Made by a program: the position numbers and the translations under genes. Positions 1-7,850 of a DNA stretch of 56,191 bases are shown piece by piece. Each line of letters begins with the position of its first letter. Position 1 is the first letter of the stretch. Under the pieces are notes generated by a model that saw only the letters and a program-made list of their open reading frames with translations, was not told the DNA's origin and did not search any database. Origin of the DNA: Bacteroidales bacterium (GTDB lineage: Bacteria > Bacteroidota > Bacteroidia > Bacteroidales > WCHB1-69); the NCBI GenBank assembly GCA_045598025.1, contig JAZLLH010000059.1, positions 1 through 56,191 of the forward strand, read 5' to 3'.

Positions 1-216
1 CATGCCGACAGATCCCGTCATGGCACAGTTCAGACAGCAGTCGCCCAGTGTTTCTAGCATCCGTCCGAAAACAGCCCTGGCTGTTTCTTTGATGTCGGTG
101 TTGTGGCGTCGGTAGTCTGTAAACAATATCTGTCCTTCATCGTCCGTAACAATCATTTTGAAAGTGGTGGATCCGATGTCTATGCCTGCGTGGTACAAAG
201 GAATACTTCTGTCCAT
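1..216 (-). CDS. Acyl-CoA dehydratase activase-related protein (BadF/BadG/BcrA/BcrD ATPase family), 5' part only; runs off the window start
   Basis: Hand translation from ATG at 216: MDRSIPLYHAGIDIGSTTFKMIVTDDEGQILFTDYRRHNTDIKE...MTGSVGM. GIDIGSTTxK and TGSxG are the ASKHA/activase motifs. Not in the ORF track because it is truncated. Confidence 0.8.
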   Translation of the reverse strand, partial: MDRSIPLYHAGIDIGSTTFKMIVTDDEGQILFTDYRRHNTDIKETARAVFGRMLETLGDCCLNCAMTGSVGM

Positions 217-350
217 AGATATTATGATTAATATTAACAACTAACCCGGATAAAATGCTTTTATTGTCTTTTCAGGATATATATTTCCTTGTTGTTGAAA
301 GGTATTGTACGAAATGAGACGGAAATTGTCCGATTTTTCCTCATCGTTTG

Positions 351-1304
351 TCACCTGGGGAAATTCAGACCTTCTTTTTCGGCATATTGCTGTAAAATTC
401 TCATTACGGCTTCCAATTTCCGGTCAAAATCCAGACATCCGTCAATAGGGTGAAGAATGAATCCTTTCTTTTCCATATGACGGAACCATGTTTCCTGTCT
501 TTTGGCGAACTGGTGTATGGCCGTATTGAGTCGAAGTACCATATCTTCATAGGAAAGTTCCCCTGTCAGGTAAAGGGTGATGAATTTGTATTCCAATCCG
601 TAGTAGGTCAGCTGTTCTTTTGTCAGTCCGTCTTTCATCAGGGTCTCCACTTCTTCCACCATTCCTTCTTTTAATCTTGCGTGCAGGCGCTGGGTAATTC
701 GTTCTCTTAATATTTCCCGCGGATATGACATTTTGAAAATCAGATGATTAGGTCTGATATTCTGCCTTTGCAACTGATTTTTTCTGTAAAATTCCTGTAT
801 TTCAATGGCTCTAAGCAGGCGTTCCCGGGTTTCTGTATCACTGTTGTTGTGCAGATGTATATAGGATTTCAGAATTTCTGTCAGTTCCTCCATGTCTTTG
901 TTGGCGAGAGTGTCTCTCAGGTCTTGGTTCCAGGGAACTTCCTCCAGGGTGTAATTCTCAAGCACGGATTCTACGTACATTCCGCTTCCACCGCACAGCA
1001 CAGCATTTTTCCCTTCTTTTTGGAGTTGCCGGTAGATACGATCAAAATCCCGTCGGTATTCGAATACATTGTATTCTTCTCCGGCATCGCGTATGTCAAT
1101 CATATAGTAGGGAATCTGTCGTCCTTGGAATGTGTATTCCGAAAGGTCTTTTCCTGTTCCTATATCCATCCGGCGGTAGACCTGCCTGGAATCGGCGCTG
1201 ATAACGGCTGCTGACAGATGTCCTGCAACAGCAGCTGCCAATCGGGTTTTCCCGGTGGCGGTCGGTCCGGTGATGCATATGAGCGGCAGCATGTTATTTC
1301 TCAT
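351..1304 (-). CDS. miaA: tRNA dimethylallyltransferase
   Basis: P-loop GPTATGKT, SADSRQVYRRMDIGTGK, LCGGSGMY, C-terminal FAKRQETWFR. The start overlaps the upstream stop (ATGA). Confidence 0.93.
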   Translation of the reverse strand: MRNNMLPLICITGPTATGKTRLAAAVAGHLSAAVISADSRQVYRRMDIGTGKDLSEYTFQGRQIPYYMIDIRDAGEEYNVFEYRRDFDRIYRQLQKEGKNAVLCGGSGMYVESVLENYTLEEVPWNQDLRDTLANKDMEELTEILKSYIHLHNNSDTETRERLLRAIEIQEFYRKNQLQRQNIRPNHLIFKMSYPREILRERITQRLHARLKEGMVEEVETLMKDGLTKEQLTYYGLEYKFITLYLTGELSYEDMVLRLNTAIHQFAKRQETWFRHMEKKGFILHPIDGCLDFDRKLEAVMRILQQYAEKEGLNFPR

Positions 1305-2086
1305 TTTTTTTTGCTGTATACATTGTATGCTTCCCTAACCATTCTTTCGATTTCCATTTCGTCGGATTGTACCAAACGGTAATAGGAAAATGAACAGTAG
1401 GCCATGAATTCTTCCAATTCGTTGCCTTCCAAGCCTGTCCATTTGGATACAAGTCCAGGATTGTATCGGTTTCCCAATTGTTCCACTTCTGCGTCGTGCT
1501 GTGCCATGTAGGCATAAATCCGGTTGAGTTTGGCTTTTTTGCTGAATGTTTCGTACAGATAGGTTATGGGATGGGTGGTCAGCATATTGGGAGAGGGTTT
1601 CATACAAGCATCGGCCTTTTGCAACTCAGTCAGAGTAATAGGTTCTGCTGTGTGTACGGCATCTGATGCTACGTCCTCCAGAAAAAGCGGATATGGTTTC
1701 AATGCATAAAAAGTCAATTCTTTCAGCATGATACTTTTCATTTCCATGTGAATGATGCAACGGTTTTGTATGGCCAGCAGGGAGTCGTTCAGTATGATGT
1801 TTCCCATGGAATAACCTACCCGCGTCATGATAAGGGTATCATTTCCCCTGACAATCATAGCGAAATTACCATCGGAAGAAGAAAATGTAGCCCTGCCTGT
1901 ACTGATATTGTGAATGCACACATTTTCCAGCGGAGTGTTGGATTGAAGGTCTCTGATATTGCCTTTCCAAATGTTTCGGTGCTGTGCCCATACGGATGAG
2001 TACGGCATGAACAGCAATATGATGTAAAGTGCGCGGAATCTCATGTATGAAAAACGGAGCAGTATCTTTCTTATTGCCGTATACAA
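1301..2086 (-). CDS. Secreted carboxypeptidase-like regulatory domain protein; true start probably ATG 2044
   Basis: Signal peptide ending VWA|QH, then GNIRDLQSNTPLENVCI...ATFSSSDGNFAMIV..DTLIMTRVGY, a CarboxypepD_reg-like sandwich pattern. The track's TTG start at 2086 lies against a terminator U-tract. Confidence 0.65.
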   Translation of the reverse strand: MYTAIRKILLRFSYMRFRALYIILLFMPYSSVWAQHRNIWKGNIRDLQSNTPLENVCIHNISTGRATFSSSDGNFAMIVRGNDTLIMTRVGYSMGNIILNDSLLAIQNRCIIHMEMKSIMLKELTFYALKPYPLFLEDVASDAVHTAEPITLTELQKADACMKPSPNMLTTHPITYLYETFSKKAKLNRIYAYMAQHDAEVEQLGNRYNPGLVSKWTGLEGNELEEFMAYCSFSYYRLVQSDEMEIERMVREAYNVYSKKK

Positions 2087-2088
2087 TC

Positions 2089-2117
2089 AAAAAAAAAGCC
2101 CCTTGAAGGGGCTTTTT
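2089..2117 (-). terminator. Rho-independent terminator downstream of the T9SS repeat gene
   Basis: AAAAAGCCCC-TTGAA-GGGGCTTTTT hairpin; the A9 run at 2089-2097 gives a U-tract on the minus strand. Confidence 0.8.
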
Positions 2118-2134
2118 AGAGTAGCATTCTTTCC

Positions 2135-4210
2135 TTAGTTCTCACCATTTCCGTTGATGATGACCAACTTCTTGATGATATTCATCTTCTCCGTCGATAC
2201 TCTAAGGAAATATTCTCCGCTGGGGTAATCTGCTGTGGAAAAACGCACTTCCTGATGATCGTCGGTGATGCGGATGCTTTCCTGATGAAGGATATTTCCT
2301 GCCGCATCGGTAATGCGGATGATATTCTCGCCTTTCATGTCATTGAATTCGACGGTGAAGTGATCATTGGTGAAGGTGGGGTTCGGATAAATACGGATGG
2401 CCGTATTTATATAGGATTTGATGTGTTTGGTAATCACAGCAGATTCTCCGCAGTCATTGATTGCCTGTACGGTCAAATCAGCTTCTCCATAGCCCATGCG
2501 ATTGGGAATTTCCAGATAGATGCCGTTGCCTTCACGGTTGTGGTTAACGATGTTCCAGTAAGGATTACTGCAGGTCCATTCGTAATGAGTGGTCGGGAAA
2601 TTGTTATCCACAAGTTCTGTGGCATATTTGAATACACCTTCTTTACCGATTTTTTCATCTCCGTATATGGAGTCGGGATCAGCAGGAACGAAATGTTCGT
2701 TGATGCGCAACAGTATGGTGCTATCACATCCGTTTACTGTCTGCATGACGACAGTGTAATATCCTCCTTGCTGGAAGAGACTGTCACCGTAGCGGAACGG
2801 AAAATCCTGTTCGTGGCACAAGGTCACTTCGTCCATATGTGTATAGGTTGGGTTGACGGAAAAGTTTACGTGGACGATGCTGTCACATCCATTGATTGTT
2901 CTGTAACTGATGGTGTGTTTTCCCTGGTTGGTGAAAATGTTGTTTGCATCGAAGGTGTAGGGAAGGGCATCTCCACAAACCGACAACTGTACATTCTTTT
3001 CATAGGAAGGATAAACGGTCAGGTTCAGATGGATGATACTGTCGCAGCCATTCTGAGAGTAAAATTGCACATCATGTACACCGGAGGCAGTGAATTCCTG
3101 GTTGCCGTAGCGGTAGGGAAGATCTTTCTCGCAGATGCTGGCGTCCACTTTGCGCTCATAGGCTGGAAGCACTTTAAGATAGAGTGCAATGATGCTGTCG
3201 CATCCGGACTGGCTGGTCAGGAATGCCGTGTCGCGTATGCTGCTGTAGTAATTTCCCCCATTGAAGATATAAGGAGCTTCGTTGGCACAAATGGTGACTT
3301 CTCTGTTTTCGAAATACAGACGTCCTTCGTTTACTTTCAAGGTGACCACGCTGTCGCATCCGTTGGTGGCGGTAAAATGTACGTTGTAGATACCGATTTT
3401 GGTAATGGTGTCATTTCCGTAAACAAAGCCTTCTTTCAGTTCATCCGCACATACGGTTTTCTGATCGGAGGAGGAGAAAGACGGATTGACGCTGAAATCT
3501 ATTTGAAAGACACTGTCGCAGCCTTGTTTTGTGTAAAAATTCTGTTTGTAGTTTCCGCTGGTGTACAGGTTGATGCCGTGCCAATTGTAGGGAAGGGAAC
3601 TTTCGCAAACCTGCAGCGTTTCATTCTGATTGTATGCGGGCTTGACTACGATGGTAGCATTGATGACACTGTCGCAGTGACAGCCGAAGGTTTTCAGTTG
3701 CAGCGTCTTTTTGAAAGTGCCCACTTTCTGTCCGTAGATGTCGCCTCCGAACTCGTAGGCCTCCCCTTGACAGAGATCAATGTCAACATTTCTGTTGTAG
3801 GTATTGTAACTGTTGATGGTCAGTTGAATGATGCTGTCGCATCCGTAGACTGTGCGCAGTGTATCTGTGTAGATTCCGCTCTGCTTGTAGGTCTTCCCAT
3901 TGTAGGTGTAACCCGTGGATTTCAGAGTGTTTTCACACAAACCTGCCCAAAGTTTGTTCACATGACTATCGTGTACAGACAATGACAGGCGGCAGACCGA
4001 ATCCTGCCCGCTACTACCTACAAAGTGCACGTAGTATATGCCGGCTTTGTAGTATTTCTGACCACCATAGGAGTAAGGCAGATCATTGCTGCAGATTGTT
4101 ACTCCGGGAAGGAAATTGGTATCCGGCTTTTGGGCCGCAACCTGAGAGTGGAAGCACAGCAACAGGAGTGCGCACCCGATTCCGAAAAACTGTTGTATAG
4201 ATTTTTTCAT
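2135..4210 (-). CDS. T9SS type A sorting domain protein with nine ~53-aa Cys-paired repeats and a PKD-like domain
   Basis: Signal peptide (VAA|QK); repeats C..xLPY.YG...G.Y...F...GCDS(I/V); C-terminal IYPNP...ITDAAG...YPSGEYFLRV...KKLVI sorting domain. Confidence 0.85.
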   Translation of the reverse strand: MKKSIQQFFGIGCALLLLCFHSQVAAQKPDTNFLPGVTICSNDLPYSYGGQKYYKAGIYYVHFVGSSGQDSVCRLSLSVHDSHVNKLWAGLCENTLKSTGYTYNGKTYKQSGIYTDTLRTVYGCDSIIQLTINSYNTYNRNVDIDLCQGEAYEFGGDIYGQKVGTFKKTLQLKTFGCHCDSVINATIVVKPAYNQNETLQVCESSLPYNWHGINLYTSGNYKQNFYTKQGCDSVFQIDFSVNPSFSSSDQKTVCADELKEGFVYGNDTITKIGIYNVHFTATNGCDSVVTLKVNEGRLYFENREVTICANEAPYIFNGGNYYSSIRDTAFLTSQSGCDSIIALYLKVLPAYERKVDASICEKDLPYRYGNQEFTASGVHDVQFYSQNGCDSIIHLNLTVYPSYEKNVQLSVCGDALPYTFDANNIFTNQGKHTISYRTINGCDSIVHVNFSVNPTYTHMDEVTLCHEQDFPFRYGDSLFQQGGYYTVVMQTVNGCDSTILLRINEHFVPADPDSIYGDEKIGKEGVFKYATELVDNNFPTTHYEWTCSNPYWNIVNHNREGNGIYLEIPNRMGYGEADLTVQAINDCGESAVITKHIKSYINTAIRIYPNPTFTNDHFTVEFNDMKGENIIRITDAAGNILHQESIRITDDHQEVRFSTADYPSGEYFLRVSTEKMNIIKKLVIINGNGEN
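2696..4102 (-). repeat. Nine tandem ~53-aa protein repeats ending in GxDS(V/I/T)
   Basis: Cores GQDSV, GCDSI, HCDSV, GCDSV, GCDSV, GCDSI, GCDSI, GCDSI, GCDST counted in the translation. Divergent at DNA level; boundaries approximate. Confidence 0.85.
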
Positions 4211-4263
4211 ATAATAACTGTGTTTTTATCTAATAATGTATTTTATCAATAATATATATGTTA

Positions 4264-6237
4264 TCAAGCATCAATTTGTGCGAAAGTGGCGTTGCGTTCA
4301 ATGAATTCCCTTCTGGGGCCCACTTCGTCACCCATCAGCATGGAGAATGTGTGATCGGCTTCAGCCGCATTTTCCAGTTGGACCTGGCGCAGCATTCTGT
4401 TTTTCGGGTCCATAGTGGTTTCCCACAGCTGGTCATCGTTCATTTCACCGAGACCTTTGTATCGCTGTACGCTCACGTTTTTGTCTTTACCGGCTTCCTG
4501 GTATCTGTTCAGAATGGAGATGCGTTCCTCCTCTGTCCAGCAGTACTGGTGTTCATTCCCTTTTTTGATAAGGTAAAGAGGAGGAGTGGCGATGTATACG
4601 TGCCCGTTTTCGATCAACTCGCGCATATAGCGGAAGAAAAATGTCAGCAACAGTGTAGCGATGTGGGCTCCGTCCACATCGGCATCGGTCATGATGATCA
4701 CCTTATGATATCTCAGTTTGGAAAGATTCAGGGCTTTGCTGTCCTCTTCCGTGCCGATGGTAACACCAAGGGCGGTATAGATATTTTTGATTTCTTCACT
4801 TTCAAAAGCTCTGTGTTGCAGTGCTTTTTCTACATTTAAAATTTTACCTCTCAGCGGAAGTATAGCCTGAGTGCGGTTGTCGCGACCTTGCTTTGCTGTT
4901 CCTCCTGCAGAATCACCCTCAACGAGAAAGAGTTCGCAAACGGAGGGATCCTTGTCTGAGCAGTCGGCCAGTTTTCCAGGCAGTCCGGAACCGCTCAATA
5001 CGTTTTTGCGCTGCACCAGTTCTCTGGCTTTGCGGGCGGCGTGACGGGCCTGGGCTGCCAGAGCTACCTTATCGACAATGTTTCTGGCTTCTTTGGGATG
5101 TTCTTCCAGATAATTGGTCAAGGCTTCGCTGACCATTTGGCTGACGATACCTTCCACTTCGCTGTTTCCCAACTTGGTTTTCGTCTGTCCTTCAAACTGA
5201 GGCTCAGCCACCTTGACGGAAATGACGGCAGTCAATCCTTCACGGAAGTCATCACCGTTGATTTCTATCTTCTGCTTGTCTAATTTTTCCAACAACTTAT
5301 TGTCGTCGGCATATTTTTTCAGTGTGCGGGTCAAACCTCTGCGGAATCCGGAAAGGTGAGTGCCGCCTTCATGAGTATTGATGTTGTTGACATAGGAATG
5401 CAGGTTCTCCGAATAGGAGTTATTGTACTGCATGGCAATCTCAATGGGCACCCCGGATTTTTCCCCTTCAATGTAGATGGGTTCTGCACTCAAATGCTCC
5501 CGATTGTCATCCAGGTATTTGATAAAGTCAATCAGGCCTTTTTCAGAATGGAAAGTTTCGGAGTAGAACTCGCCGTTTTCCTTCGCATTGCGCCGGTCTG
5601 TAACACTCAGTGTAATGCCCTTATTCAGAAAAGCCAACTCCCGCATCCGGGTAGCCAGCGTGCTGTAATCGTATTCGTGAACGACAAAAATAGAGTCGTC
5701 TGGAGTGAATTTCATGTAGGTTCCCGTCTTGTCGGATGTGCCTACCACTTTGACCGGATAAAGGGGTTTCCCATAGGCATATTCCTGCTGGAAGTGTTTC
5801 CCATCGCGGAAAACCTCCACCTGCAGGTGTTTGGACAAGGCGTTGACGCATGACACACCGACACCGTGCAGACCTCCGGACACTTTGTAGGAACCCTTGT
5901 CGAATTTACCTCCTGCGTGCAGTACGGTCAATACGACTTCCAAAGCAGAGCGGTGTTCCTTTTCGTGCATGTCGGTGGGAATACCACGTCCGTTGTCCAG
6001 TACGGAAATCGAATTGTCCTCGTGGATGGTGACTTCGATGTGGTCACAGAAACCCGCCAAAGCTTCGTCTATGGAATTGTCCACTACTTCGTAAACCAAG
6101 TGGTGCAGACCTCTTTCGCTGATGTCTCCGATGTACATGGCCGGACGCTTGCGAACCGCTTCCAAACCTTCCAATACCTGGATGTTGTCAGCAGTATAGG
6201 AAGCCTGTGTCCCCTTTTTCTCTTCTAACTCACTCAT
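4264..6237 (-). CDS. gyrB: DNA gyrase subunit B
   Basis: GLEAVRKRPAMYIG, EVVDNSIDE, GGLHGVGVSCVNALS, TOPRIM EGDSAGG, PLRGKILN, MTDADVDG, QRYKGLGEM. Confidence 0.97.
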   Translation of the reverse strand: MSELEEKKGTQASYTADNIQVLEGLEAVRKRPAMYIGDISERGLHHLVYEVVDNSIDEALAGFCDHIEVTIHEDNSISVLDNGRGIPTDMHEKEHRSALEVVLTVLHAGGKFDKGSYKVSGGLHGVGVSCVNALSKHLQVEVFRDGKHFQQEYAYGKPLYPVKVVGTSDKTGTYMKFTPDDSIFVVHEYDYSTLATRMRELAFLNKGITLSVTDRRNAKENGEFYSETFHSEKGLIDFIKYLDDNREHLSAEPIYIEGEKSGVPIEIAMQYNNSYSENLHSYVNNINTHEGGTHLSGFRRGLTRTLKKYADDNKLLEKLDKQKIEINGDDFREGLTAVISVKVAEPQFEGQTKTKLGNSEVEGIVSQMVSEALTNYLEEHPKEARNIVDKVALAAQARHAARKARELVQRKNVLSGSGLPGKLADCSDKDPSVCELFLVEGDSAGGTAKQGRDNRTQAILPLRGKILNVEKALQHRAFESEEIKNIYTALGVTIGTEEDSKALNLSKLRYHKVIIMTDADVDGAHIATLLLTFFFRYMRELIENGHVYIATPPLYLIKKGNEHQYCWTEEERISILNRYQEAGKDKNVSVQRYKGLGEMNDDQLWETTMDPKNRMLRQVQLENAAEADHTFSMLMGDEVGPRREFIERNATFAQIDA

Positions 6238-6270
6238 TATTAGTATCTATGTTAAAACATATACGCTGTG

Positions 6271-6278
6271 CAAAAATA
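6271..6278 (-). promoter_or_regulatory. Bacteroidota -7 box (TATTTTTG) for gyrB
   Basis: Matches TAnnTTTG ~35 nt upstream of the gyrB ATG; divergent partner box at 6349. Confidence 0.55.
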
Positions 6279-6348
6279 GGAAAAAATTCAATACGCTCAA
6301 GTCGAAAAACGGACTTTTTTTTACGAAAAATGATATTGGAAAAATAAC

Positions 6349-6356
6349 TACTTTTG
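6349..6356 (+). promoter_or_regulatory. Bacteroidota -7 box (TACTTTTG) for the murD-like gene
   Basis: TAnnTTTG followed by CA, upstream of the ORF. Confidence 0.6.
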
Positions 6357-6378
6357 CATTTCCCGTCCGAAATGGCGG

Positions 6379-7770
6379 ATGGTGTGCAAGGAATCGGATT
6401 CCCATAAAAAGAAATCTATGGATGTAATGGAATACAATTCAGTGAAAATCAAAAAAATGCTTGACGGAATCAAGGGTAAGAAACTGTTGATACTGGGCTT
6501 TGGCAGGGAGGGCCGTTCCAGTCTGCACCTGTTGAGAAAATTTTTGCCGGATGCCGATTTTGCCGTAGCAGATGCCAATACGGCTTTGGCTTCCGAGTTG
6601 TCAGATCTGTTGCCGAAGGATCGTATTTTTCTGGGACCGGATTATTTGCAGGCCGTACCTCGTTTTGAGGTAGTGTTGCAGTCTCCGGGAATCTGTTTGA
6701 AAGACTGCATGCCGCTTTTTGAAAAGGTGAGGCTGACTTCGCAGACGGAATTGTTTCTGGAGGCTTATCGAGACCAATGCATAGCAGTGACGGGTACCAA
6801 AGGAAAGAGCACCACTTCTTCCCTGATTGCCCATTTGCTCAAAGAAACGGGTCACGAGGTGGTCTTTGGCGGGAATATAGGCCTGCCTCTGTTTGAACTG
6901 CTATCGCAGATTACTCCGCAGACACATATTGTGTTGGAACTTTCCTGTCATCAGCTGGAATTTGTAAACGTCAGTCCGCACGTGGCCGTGCTGCTGAATC
7001 TGTTCGAAGAACATTTGGACCATTACCGCAGTTACGAAGCCTATCAGGAAGCCAAGTATCAAATAGCTCGGCATCAGCATTCAGAGGACGTCTTTATCTG
7101 TTCAGGGGAAGATGAACGCATCGCCCGACTGATGGAAAAGTTTCCGCCCCGTGCACACTTGCAGACTTTTTCCTCGGGCAATCTGCCGTCGGTACTGCGG
7201 ACAGAGAATTTTCCGCTGCCGGGGGAACACAACCGTCTGAACGCGATGGCTGCGCTACTGGCCGTACAGGCCATGGAGCCTTCCGTAAAACCGGAGCAGT
7301 GGCAGTCCGCACTGAACTCTTTCCGGAGTTTGCCGCACCGTATGGAATATGTGGGTGAAGTGAAGGGCATCCGTTTTTTCAACGACAGCATCTCTACCAT
7401 ACCTCAGGCCGCTGTTGCTGCCGTGAATGCCTTGAAGGATGTGGAAACTTTGATTTTGGGAGGAATGGACAGAGGTATTGATTATACGCCTCTGATACCT
7501 CTGTTCGCCAGTTCTTCCGTGCGTCACTTCCTCTTTACTGGCGCTGCGGGAAAACGGATGATGGGTCTGGCCAATCCATCGGACGGGCGGACTTTTGCCT
7601 TTTTTGAACAATATGAGGATATTGTGGAAGAGGCTTTTCGCAGAACGTCTCCCGGAAAAATCTGTCTGCTGTCGCCGGCGGCCCCCAGTTACGATGCCTT
7701 CAGGAATTTTGAAGAGAGGGGTGAAGTGTTCAGAAAATTGGTTTTGAACAGGAAATCTTCAAAAAAATGA
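6379..7770 (+). CDS. murD: UDP-MurNAc-L-Ala:glutamate ligase, MurD2-like motif set; start may be 6418 or 6427
   Basis: ILGFGREG, SPGI, AVTGTKGKSTT, GGNIG, LELSCHQL, EEHLDHY, FFNDSISTIP, GGMDRG, LLSPAAPSY. Confidence 0.88.
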   Translation: MVCKESDSHKKKSMDVMEYNSVKIKKMLDGIKGKKLLILGFGREGRSSLHLLRKFLPDADFAVADANTALASELSDLLPKDRIFLGPDYLQAVPRFEVVLQSPGICLKDCMPLFEKVRLTSQTELFLEAYRDQCIAVTGTKGKSTTSSLIAHLLKETGHEVVFGGNIGLPLFELLSQITPQTHIVLELSCHQLEFVNVSPHVAVLLNLFEEHLDHYRSYEAYQEAKYQIARHQHSEDVFICSGEDERIARLMEKFPPRAHLQTFSSGNLPSVLRTENFPLPGEHNRLNAMAALLAVQAMEPSVKPEQWQSALNSFRSLPHRMEYVGEVKGIRFFNDSISTIPQAAVAAVNALKDVETLILGGMDRGIDYTPLIPLFASSSVRHFLFTGAAGKRMMGLANPSDGRTFAFFEQYEDIVEEAFRRTSPGKICLLSPAAPSYDAFRNFEERGEVFRKLVLNRKSSKK

Positions 7771-7813
7771 ATTTTTAATTTGCTTCTGGAACGGAATATA
7801 CCGAAAAAATGGC

Positions 7814-7821
7814 TACTTTTG
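7814..7821 (+). promoter_or_regulatory. Bacteroidota -7 box (TACTTTTG) for the S9 peptidase
   Basis: TAnnTTTG 30 nt upstream of ATG 7851. It overlaps the track's 7809 start, which supports the later start. Confidence 0.6.
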
Positions 7822-7850
7822 CAATTTTAAGCAAACTTAATATATGGAAT

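Noticed and set aside
1301-1312. Homopolymer runs (A9 at the 1301-2086/miaA junction; others at 19529, 25701 and 41825) as phase-variation sites
   Set aside because: They lie at gene ends or in AT-rich promoter spacers typical of Bacteroidota. No gene is visibly out of frame at these runs.
2255-3985. 576-aa plus-strand ORF
   Set aside because: It is the antisense shadow of the T9SS repeat protein. It has no motifs, and its periodicity just mirrors the real repeats.
2135-4210. CRISPR array or DNA tandem repeat
   Set aside because: The periodicity exists only at protein level inside a coding region. There are no identical DNA repeats with spacers and no cas genes.
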